NCBI GenBank assembly: GCA_040954595.2 | Contig: CM082576.2 | Coordinates: 7,629,129-7,693,128 of the forward strand | From: Balanoglossus misakiensis | Lineage: Eukaryota; Animalia; Hemichordata | Length of the DNA: 64,000 nucleotides | Reading direction: 5' to 3' | Part shown: in pieces, positions 53,401 through 64,000 of the stretch | How the letters are laid out: each line of letters opens with the position of its first letter | Position numbering within the stretch: position 1 is the first letter of the stretch | Translations under genes and position numbers: made by a program | Notes under the pieces: generated by a model | Told to the model about the DNA's origin: nothing | Database searches by the model: none | Seen by the model: the letters and a program-made list of their open reading frames with translations, nothing else

Positions 53401-56400
53401 TTCATTGCCTGTGGTTTGCTTTGTGCAACCGGTGTGCCTTTGAAACCATTACACATTTATTTATATCCGTTCTAAATTGTGTGAATGGTGTTGGGCCTTG
53501 GGTGAAGGTCAGGAAATGAGTCGTGTATGTTTAAAGCCATGGGCTGTTAGCTTTAATAGAAATATACATGTATGTATCAGAAAGGCAAAAAAAACCAACC
53601 CTGTGTGGGCTAAGAAGTTTTAGTCTCTCATAACACAGACATTTTCCTTGAACAAAACCACATGGAGAAAGTGTATAATGTTGGACCCAGGGGAAGTAGA
53701 TATCATTTGCTCCCCATCACAGTTACAGATCTTTAGTTGTTTATACTTTATAGTGTTGTACATATAAAATGTAGAAGTTGCACCAAGATGGGATGCATTG
53801 GAGCATGATCTGTGTCAGTATCGTATAGTAACGTGTTTGTTCATGATCAGTGGAGGGGAAGAATGTCTTGTCCGAGGTTAAGACGTAAACCCTTGCCAAT
53901 ACCCCTAGAGAGGTGGGCTTCCCCTACCTGGCTGCCCAAATGGGCTTGAAACTACCCTCCTAAATTAAAATCTGTCTGTTTGCTCAGTGACCCACTTGGC
54001 AAAGGTGTAGCCGCCCTGCGACAGATGTTAAGGAGCAGAATAAAAGGTTAAACTGTCATGATGCTTTGAATTACAAATGTATTCTGAAACAGGTTAATCA
54101 CCCATCCACTTGAATGTGTGCGGACTTTTCTGGTTTGAGACACATTTCTGTAAAGATAAATTACTATTTCTGGATGGATCTTGGTTAGATTGTGCAAAGC
54201 GTGGGATGGGCTGAGATTTGTTGTAATACGCCAACTCCCAAAAGGGTGTGTTACCACCCAACACAACAGATACGGTAGGAGCAGAGTTTGCATAGCCTTG
54301 GCTGGACTACACAATAAGCCTTTTGAATTTTGTCCTAGTTTAGCCATGTAAATGCTAATAGGACCTGAAACCCAAGGGGATCTCTGACACTTTCATAAAC
54401 TCGGCATACAAACTTTGAAATTCCATCCATCAACTCCCACAATTCAGTGCCAGGGGCATCATACAACAGAATTGATCAAACAGTTAAAACTGGAAAAGAA
54501 ACATATGGCCAAAGACGTGGTTACATAAACACTCTGTATGGCAAGGCTGGATGTTTCAGAAATTAATCTCAAGTTATTTCCAACCTTTAAGTGATACATT
54601 AGTGTTTCTGTCTGTGACTAAAACAGATGGGGCTTACAAAAAGAGATCATCATTCATATCTCCTGTGTAGGCGTCTTAACAATAACAATCCCATATCCTG
54701 CTGAAATTTGTTCTACAATGACAATCGCAATGGTAGGGGGTATAACCCAAGTTGAACCCAAACTGCAGTTACAGTTGGCTTAACCCAAGACATATAACTG
54801 CATTTGGAGATGAGAATGGACTGCTGCGTAAAGCTAAGGTCAAAAGGTCGCGATGTCACCAGACAATGCATCTATTCTGTCCAGGCACTACAAAGCAGCT
54901 GGTTCCTTTGGCGGACAAATTACAGCGCCATAACTCAAGTTTAAATGGGGTCTGCGAACGGTTAATCTTCAATCGATTCTGAATTCATCAAAGGCTATTA
55001 GGAACTTGTCAATGTGGTTGCGTGCATGTACTGTTCACTGTTAACTGTGTCTAATGATCAAATAATTTATACAGGCCACATAAATTATCTCTTTTTTTCA
55101 CCGGTCTTAATCCGTATTGCCGAGATTAAGTGGTGGGATTAGATTGAATGATTTGGTTATCAAGGGTGTTTTTGCGAGCGTCAGCTGCTGGATGTTGGAT
55201 TGGACCGGCATTGTGTGAAATACTTTGTTCATGTACGGTATTTGATGTTTAAACCTGCATGTATGCCACACATGGTGATGGCACTTGCCAAGCTGTGTAC
55301 TATAAAACTTTACCCTGCCACATTCCTACCTGTGACCTGAACTGAACTGTTCTTGTCCTCACTGTAGTCATGTCGCATTGGAATTTAGTAATTGACCAAA
55401 AAAAGTTCACTCCTTATTATCTCTTCACAGGCAAACATCATGCTACAATTAAAGTTCCATACTGCACATGTAAAGGTACATAGATATATACATACAGTAA
55501 AAATAAGCCTCACTTGCTTAGACTTTCTCCTCTAGTGTCATTGACCTGTTCCCAGTCCTTCCCACTCATTGCACTTCATTGCATGCGTACATACGTACCA
55601 CACATCACGGCATCATTGTTCAGAAGTATTTTACCCTTCAGGAATGCTTAACGTTTACTAAGTTTACTCAACATAAAAAAGCTTGTTAAAAGCTCAGTGC
55701 ACAGCTTTTAACAAGTTCCCCTGATGGTGCACTCCGATTTAAAATTTGCATGAACAAAAACCCCTGCTATCTGTAAAACGTTTTTGGGGTATGTTGTGTG
55801 GATATGTGTCTGTGTGTTCAGCGAATACTTACATTACATGCATCACTGGAGTCAGTAAGTATTTGTTCAACTAACTGGTACTGTGGTAACAAAATGGTGA
55901 ATGTTTTTCAAACAGATATATATTTAGATAATTTTGCCAATCCAGTTTCTTAACCTAAGTCAGCTTTTATGTTTGTGAGTGGTCTTTTCCATGTAACTAA
56001 ATTTCACACCAAACTATGTATTTTATACATATTATTGTATCCCTTTTTATTGACAGGTTCTAAGAGGATAGTCATTTTAAATCTCAATTTATTACGGCAG
56101 TGGTATTAATTTTAATAATGCCATTTCACTTAAAAATAGCATTTATTATGATTTACACTGGCCTGTCATTTCACAAGGTCATTTTCTATCCTATTAATTA
56201 AAAATATCTGTATTCTTTCTTTCACTATAACAACTCATTCGGCTGTCAGAGTCAGAATGAGCTGTCATTTGTGAAGTTGAAAAGAATGGGGCACAACTGG
56301 TCTGTGTTTCTTTTCTCTGTGCAAGGACAGATTTATACGTGCACAACAAATGATCAACTGTCTGGCTGACAGGATAATTTGTTGATAACAGACATCGAAT

Positions 56401-57724
56401 TTAATTATTGATCGAACATGCAGTTGTTAGTACAATGTATACCAGTAACTCACTGGGAAACATGTTCCTCAATCCTTCTTATACACACCAAACACCCACT
56501 CGTAGAAACCAATTATCATGAATATCTGTATTTTCCTAGATATTTATTCTGACTTTCTCTTTCTCAGTATTTTGTATTTGTACACGTATGGATCATTTGA
56601 GATTTTTTGGATTAAAAAATAATGACTTATTCACAGGCTTTTCCTGTCATGTTGTTGAAATAAATGTATACAAAAGTTCACCCTGTAACCTATGTCTCCT
56701 TTGGTGGTTGACCTTTGACACTGTCTGGCAGGTCTGACAAGGGAGATCAAGGCAGTTGACTTTATGTGCCAACCGTGACATGCACTGGGCCAGTCTTTTT
56801 TAAGAGAAATACACAAAAATGGGCAAATGTTTTGTGCACACTCTTCATTGTCTCCAGAAAGGTGTGTCAGTAAAAGATTTTGTAGGCGGGTAACCTGTGT
56901 TGCTATGGCAGCCACCATAAACTGGTTCATATTATTTATATAACAACTTGTGTCAGCTGGAGAGGTGACTTTAATTACTGCACAATGCAAACCTGTCTAG
57001 GGGCAGGTAGCTATAGCAACCCCTCGTTGACTGTCATGTGACAGTTAAGTGACATAAGCAGGTGTGCCTGACATTTATTATTAGCCTGGGTGTATCAGTA
57101 AGTTGCTGAGTAAGGGTAATGATGAGTGAGTTATATGCACACTGTAGGTCTGCCTGTCACACACTGGTATATTTTCCATTCTTCAGATTCAAAAATACAT
57201 GCAGTAGATGTACCAAAAGAAGTAGCATTTTTAACACAGAGGAAGGCTGCTGGTAATACGTGCTTGATAATTGTGAATTGATGATTTTTGTCTCCTTGGC
57301 GTGACATGCAGCTCAGTATCAGTTTCTCTTCTCATCTGGTAAACATAACCGTATAAGTAATTTGATAAATGAGCAAATAGTTTAAATTATGGTTAACCCT
57401 TGAAATCCAACCTTTATTTTTAAGTCTTTTTTTCTCAGCACGAAAACTGCTGATCACAGAAAGTCAAAGATCAGGGACAATGTGGTTGTGTTATTTCCAG
57501 AGGCATGTTGTGATACACACAATTCACCAACAGTTCGCCAACAAAATAACTTTGAAACTCATTAGCTGGTATTTGAGATACCAAACTGCAGTAAAGACAA
57601 ACGATAGAGCCATTCCCTTGGTAACCGGTGCGATTGATTTTTATGGAGAAATAATTATTGACTTCCGGAACGTTGTTTCTTGATAATTCTTGCAGTCTAG
57701 AGACTGTCTGGATGTTTTGGTCGT

Positions 57725-57778
57725 CATGTTGGACTCTGTTATCATTGGTTTCATGTTAGACTCTGTTATCATTGGTTT
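57725..57778 (+). repeat. 27-bp tandem duplication
   Basis: CATGTTRGACTCTGTTATCATTGGTTT twice, one mismatch. Confidence 0.85.
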
Positions 57779-59017
57779 TAAAGAGATGAATGAATGATGC
57801 AGACGGCCTGTGTGCACTGCTGTGATTGCTGTTGAAATGTGGGAATGTTCTCGTGTTTCTCAAAACATGAGTTTTGTCTTTCGGTGAGATAAATGTACAT
57901 GTATGTATCATGTTGATGACAGTACATATATACTGATACTGTGCTAAGACTCCATCCATGCCTTTTGCAGTGGTCTGACCCCTATGTCTATCTTATCTCT
58001 GACAAATCCAGTTTATTTCATTGATTAAACCAGTCCATTCCAATTCCATCAGGAAGACAGAGGTTATCAGTGTTTTGGCTGAATGCAGTCAAGACATCAC
58101 CGATCCTCCTTCAAGTAGTCTGATAGAGGGCGCTATATAGTGGTGGATCTTCTGACGATTGATTTTGAGCTTGGCCACTGTTGATCTGTTCTTTGTTGGC
58201 ATAACAGGCAATATTTGACAAGTGGGCGGGGAGATCTCTTGTGTCAGGGTGATATTTTTATGACAGATACTGTCAATAAGTGTAACTGATTGAGACAGAA
58301 AATGGCCATAATCATAGTGACAACATAATAAAATGAGATTTTGACTACTGCAAGTTTGTTTGCATTTAAACAGCTCCTTTGCAGTGATATTACAGTTACA
58401 CCTTTGTAAGATTTGAGAAAAAAGGGACTGTGCTCGATGGGAAGTGCTTGTCTTCTAGTAGTTGTGCTACCCCTGTACAAGTTTTCCAGTCACTGAACAT
58501 GCACTCAACCATGCATACTATGAACCACATACTTTGTGAATGAAATCTGTAACAAAAATCTGATTTGAATTTGAATGTGCCCTACTTGTCAAAATGTAAC
58601 TTTGATTGTTTTGTCCGCTTTTTATTACTGTCTATAATATCCTGTTTTTTTTGTGTGTGGTTTGCCCTACAGAATTCAGATTCAAATCTCTAGAGTGTAG
58701 ACATGTTGAAACCACAATCTACACCGGACGTGTCGTTATTACCATGTTGCTGTGCATTGAGGAGAACCACAGACATTGACAATCGATACTAATCAGATTA
58801 AGACAAGTTAATCACTTTTGTTGTAATTGCAAATTCTAGCAAACAAGTATAGTTTTCAGAGTTTTGGCTCAGTTATTACCCGATGTACATGTAATTGATC
58901 TTGAAAGAGGGATGTCAGAGCGACAAAAAAGGGAGTCTCCACTGACCAGCTTTATGTGTTTAAACAAAAGATTAATAGTAGTGCCAAGTTTGAACAACCA
59001 GTGGAGATGGCTCTTAA

Positions 59018-60003
59018 GGTAGTTGGAAAGGCTAGGGCGTCAGTTAAAATTTCATTTAAAAACACTGAATTTATATCTAGAAATGTATTAGAGAAAAATT
59101 AAACTCATGAAAAATTCGGGGCAATAAACGTGTAACAAGATATGGCTGGTTTTATTATACCTAATTTCATACATCTGGCAAGGAAGCTAGGGAGCCTTAT
59201 TTGAGCGCCCTCTAGGGGAAGACTTCTCCTAGGCTATGCGCACAAGGACAGGTTCCCCTAGCCAAGGGCATTTAAATGTAACTTGCAAACACTGATTCTT
59301 GCAATTTTCAACGATAGATAACCTTGCTTGTTTATTAAAGGCTGCCAAATTATGGACATTTTTGCATTTCTAGGGAACCCGAAAAGCCAGCGGAAAAGCG
59401 TTTGACCCAGATAAATGCGATCCTTCGCCGTGAACTGCCGCTAAACTTTGCGTATTTCGCTACTTTTCTGCCCTACGCCATAATGTAATGGTTTTTATTT
59501 GTGATTGAATTGGTATGCCAGATAATTTTTTTATCATGAAACTTTCAGGAAAGGCTCGGGACATCCCAAAGAACACTTTTACGGGACAGTTTTTTCATAA
59601 GTTTTCCCGTTGTGTTTTGGCAGCACGTTAAAGTTGTATACAAAATATCAACAAAAACTGTGTTTTCCTGAGTGATAACTTTGAAAAAAATAAGTTTATG
59701 CTGAAAGTGTCCCGTACATTGCTGGAGGGGTTGCTTAATATTAAAATGAATACAAATTATTCAATAATTTGTGAAAACATGTCAAGATTCAATCAATATT
59801 TTGTAAAATTATGAATATTTATATTTAGGCGTATCAAATTTCATAATTTTAGCAGATATTTTTACAGTCATATTTTTCCCTCACTTTTGAGTTTGTTAAG
59901 AATACATGCTGCAAATTTCAAGTCATTATCTTTATTCTAACTTGTGAAAATAAATTCACAAACATTGAGAGAATTTGCTTCAAAAATAGCCTTTCCAACT
60001 ACC
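59018..60003. mobile_element. Non-autonomous TIR DNA transposon, 986 bp, Kolobok-like (TTAA target, GG..CC ends)
   Basis: Perfect 17-bp TIRs GGTAGTTGGAAAGGCTA (59018-59034) and TAGCCTTTCCAACTACC (59987-60003), flanked by TTAA at 59014-59017 and 60004-60007. No internal ORF. Confidence 0.88.
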
Positions 60004-60705
60004 TTAACTTGTTCCCTATCTACATGTATGCAGGGTTGGTGGGTCCCTCTGCTCCAGTTTTATCAGTGAATGATGTCTTCTTTTGATTGCTGTGTATTTG
60101 GTTAGTTGAGAGTTGTTTATTGAATGAGATGGGTACTTACCCAGTAGCAGTCTTCCAGACAGATGGTATCTTGTGGGTAAATGGGGCTATCAGCTGCAGG
60201 GTCAGGTGAAATAACACCCGGCCGCAGAAATAGAATCACCCAAATACCAAGATCCCATGTTGCATACTTTATCGAAGTCATCATGCGTATTGTCCAAATA
60301 GGGGTGTGCATGCTCACTGAGCCAAGATCCTTCTCAGCACTTTCTGTGGTCATCAGTATACATTGTAGCTTCTACCCCTACGGATAAGTTGTTTGTCCCA
60401 CACACACCAACGTGTTTCATAGTGTCTGTTTCATTGTGGAATGACTGAGGGTTATGTGGATCTATTAAGCAACTTGTATTGGAAAGAAGCCCTGAACACG
60501 TGAGGATTTAGACCGCAGGAATCTGACACCGGTCTGTCAATAGCTTCTGAAATATTGACAAACCTCAGTCGTGGAGTCCCTGCATCATTGGCTTTTCGGT
60601 GGACAGTGATTGAGTCATTTTTTTTATGCGGCTGCCTTGCAAGACGCACTGACTCATCATCACTGTGGGGTTATTCAACTATACTGCGGTGGTTCTGATT
60701 GAAGC

Positions 60706-60859
60706 ATGGATGGACCGATCCGACAGCAGAACTGGGAACAGAAGCCGGCTGCATCCGTGCCAAATCACGATCAGATGACGTCTCCCAAAGAAAGCGCCGT
60801 GATCGAAGAAAATAATAACTTCAAACTGGATACGATCAATGAAGAATCTGATAGCTGGG
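60706..60859 (+). CDS. Candidate alternative first coding exon (MDGPIRQQNWEQK...INEESDSW) of an unidentified gene
   Basis: AGCATGG start context, hydrophilic protein-like composition, local CpG enrichment and a weak phase-1 donor G|GTAAAA at 60860. No family recognised. Confidence 0.4.
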
Positions 60860-63714
60860 GTAAAAAATATACACTTTTTGTATTCCGTGATTCAGTGTGT
60901 AGGGGCCTCAGACTGTGAATCCCACAACAGTTCTGTGTTGTGCTGAGTGGCATAATACAAAAACATTCCCACCAATATAATTGTACATGTACAGTTATTT
61001 ATTAGTAATTAAACTTTGAGTAGACGTATCAATTTTAGCCTCTTGATATACTCTTGTATTCCCTGTCAATCTGAGAGACCTTCGATCAGAAACCATTGAG
61101 ACTGTCACAATAAATCATTAGGATGCTGCAATTGACTTGTCCTATTTGTCAAATGTACAATGATGAATTGAATTATCGAATTTGAAGTCATAGAAGAAGG
61201 TCAACATTTCAGGGTCACATGCTGTCAAAAGGCTTGTATTGAAATCTTGTGAATGTCGCGAGGTTACTGTAAAATTTGATAGTGTCGATCGTCAATTTCA
61301 TCCCCTGATCAGATTTCATTTTTTAGAACAAATATTCATAGTATCATGTAGCAAGGAAAAATATAGAATATACACATCATCCGCATGTATTCAAGTTGTA
61401 AAATAAAACAAAACAATAATTGCAATATTGTTAAGAAAATTCAAAATTAGACAGGGCGATTATATTATTGGCCATTGAATTATCGGCCATTGAATTATCA
61501 GTCACAGTGCAAAGGAATTCTGAAGGCCAGCTGGTTTGCATGTTTTTGTATTTCTTCCGATTGTTGAGAAGCCGACCAAATACCTCAGTCGGCCATGACA
61601 TGTGTGTGCCACTGAAATAGTTGTATATATCAGGGATTTGATTTTTGAAGCTGTTTGCTTTGAAACTTAAAATTCCTTTGAATTATTGAGTGCACTATCA
61701 GAAACAGAGCGTAGTGACTCTGATGGAGTGTGAAGTGTGTGTGACCCACTGAACCCACTAGACTTTGTTTTGTCTGTGTGTTAAACTTCACCTCTTCATG
61801 CTGTTTCCTCCATCTGTCTAATAGATAATAAAAACATTGATTTTTTTAAAAATATACCTCACACATGAAGCCACAGCATAGACAAAAAAATTATCATGAA
61901 AGGATCCCATGGTAAATAAGAAGATGATATTTTTAATTGCAAATGTGTGAGAGAGAAATTTTTAATGAAACTTTCATGCAGTTGTTATTACATGTGTGTG
62001 AAATGTGTTGAACTATTGAACATTGTGTGCTTACTGTCTGGGTCCAGTTGGTTGCAATATTTACGAGTTCTACTAGTTCTATTAAATTGTGGCACTTTTA
62101 TTAATACATAGATCTATGCTATTGTGCTATAATTGAAATAGACAGATACAACCATACATTGAGGTACTGACAGTTTCTTCCCTGAAAGTAGCCTTATTTG
62201 TTTGGTTCCTTCCATGCTGTATTTGTTTTTCACTCAGTGATGTTAGGGGTTATTCCAATAGTTTGTTGTCTGTAGATATTATGTGAAGCCATGTATGTCA
62301 GAGTTCATGTTGACCTTTGGTGAGTGATGCGAGTGAAACTTCGAAATGATTGATGTTTATGGAAATCAAATCATCAATCTGTATCTAGGAGTTTACCGGA
62401 GCAGGAAATCTCAAGCGATGTACATTTTATGTCGATTTTAAGAATAACAGGGGAACATCTTGAAGTTGAACTTTCAGTGACTCTGTGCATATATAGACAT
62501 TCAGTTCATCCGAGATTATTTCAGGAATGTCCAGGCAAGCCAGCTTAGGCTGAACAGCAGTGGAACACTCGAATGCAATCTGTTCGATGTAATACCCTAC
62601 GGATTTGAGCAGACAACTGCAAATGAACAGACGGAGGTAGAAGACGAGTGTAGGAGAACACCACATTGCATGAATGAAATCATCATGCCATGCATTGGTT
62701 GTGTTCAATTGGCAAGGGCTCAGATGATGCATCTGTGTTTAATGGTGTGATAGTAAAAGTTTACTGCTACACTGATTCAGTTTTGGGTTATTACAAGATA
62801 CGCGGTCAGATGATAAGGCTTGCACTAAAAAATCATAAATGAATTTTCTGTGGGAAATACAGTGAGAGTTTATCTAAGATAACATCCATGATCAGAGGCA
62901 TGCATTAATATCATATACACCATATGTCACATCTGTTCCCAAAAGTATTCCAGCACATGTATACTAAAGAGCTACACAATCTTTTTAGTGACCATCTGTC
63001 ACTACAAAGATCAAGGTCACCATTGGTGTCATTCCTAGTGTAGAATCTTTCCTTGCAGTGCGTGACTTTGCAAACCCCCAAAATGCACCATAGCATCTCA
63101 CACTTGGTTTTAAAACTTAGAGAAAAGAATTTCCGTAGAAAAATATGGGTGATGTCACTGGCATCCCCTTGAAGTCCAATTGACGGCATCTAGGTGGAGT
63201 AGTTCATGGTAGTTCATGGCTCCAACCTTGCCTGTGGTCAACTGAAGACCAGATTCTGTGAGAGATTCTTCTGAGGGGAAGTGTCATTTTCAAAGAGGAT
63301 AAAAACATGCACCATACCCATGGTGCATGTCATACCCATGGTCAGGGTGATTTTAAATTGATCTGTGTTACTGTAATCGTCTTTTGTCACGCCAGTTGCA
63401 AATTGTTTTGTCCACAGCAGGGCCATAAAACAATGTAACTGTGTTTTGCCTTTTGCCATCAATTGCTTTTTGTGGTCACTTCACAATGGATCAGTGGCCA
63501 CTAAACAAGTGATTTGCATTGTTGCATTCATGTTAGCATGGACAGGACATGTATGTTAGGCACCCAGTTAAAATAGGAAGCACAGCTAGTCGTTACCTGA
63601 CAATCCAGGTGTTGCCTTTGTGCCATATGAATTGCAATTCTCATTGCTCTGCTAAAGTTTTGTAATTATCACTCACATTAGGGTGTGTTCCTCCATACCT
63701 GGAGGCAAAGGTTC

Positions 63715-63816
63715 AACAAAACAAAACAAAACAAAACGAAACAAAACAAAACAAAACAAAACAAAACAAAACAAAACAAAACAAAACAAAACAAAACAAA
63801 ACAAAACAAAACAAAC
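63715..63816 (+). repeat. (AAAAC)n microsatellite, about 20 units
   Basis: Direct reading of the sequence; one AAACG interruption. Confidence 0.97.
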
Positions 63817-64000
63817 ATAAAAATGAAAGAGCCATCTCTCAGTCTCATTCATGAATTGGCCTTTGAAAATGCAAGTTCTCAAGAAATACTACAGATTGAC
63901 ATATTAACAATACTCATCTTCTACTTACACAATAAGATGCATGTACCGGTACTGTTTTTCAGTTTGCATGTTGACAACACTCACCTTACATGTACAAGCA

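Noticed and set aside
53170-54020. Two possible degenerate hAT-like MITEs (CAGTGCC...GGCACTA; CAGTGGAGG...GCCGCCCTG)
   Set aside because: The termini are too short and mismatched, and no target-site duplication is visible.
50464-58480. Many 60-157 aa ORFs in the distal region
   Set aside because: No motifs or consistent splice-bounded frames, and the composition is typical of AT-rich intronic DNA.
60706-60750. Resemblance of MDGPIRQQNWEQK to a short reticulon isoform N-terminus
   Set aside because: Too short and weak to assign, and no reticulon domain exon is present in the window.
63673-63882. 69-aa ORF with FCFVL repeats
   Set aside because: Translation of the (TTTTG)n microsatellite.

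Overview
AT-rich, intron-rich animal genomic DNA with GT-AG introns. The gene content and repeat types suggest a marine invertebrate bilaterian (inference only). From left to right: (1) the 3' part of a papilin-like extracellular matrix gene (+, 296-12932) with TSP1, Cys-rich lagrin-type repeats, 7 Kunitz, 7 thyroglobulin type-1, 3 Ig and PLAC domains; (2) a kyphoscoliosis-peptidase/hillarin-type transglutaminase-like gene (-) whose catalytic Cys appears to be Ser; (3) a divergent nicotinic acetylcholine receptor alpha-like subunit (-); (4) HRD1/SYVN1 (-), head-to-head with (5) Speedy/RINGO (+), which is tail-to-tail with (6) TRMT61B (-), head-to-head with (7) WDPCP/Fritz (+, 39175-48117). From about 49.7 kb to the end is mostly non-coding, probably the promoter and long first intron(s) of an unidentified + strand gene. 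It contains an intact 986-bp TTAA-flanked non-autonomous DNA transposon. Exon structures were assembled by eye from splice sites and frame continuity. No RNA genes or CRISPR arrays were recognised. The most notable items are the papilin architecture, the SYVN1-Speedy-TRMT61B microsynteny, the Cys-to-Ser KY-like protein and a probable alternative WDPCP C-terminus.
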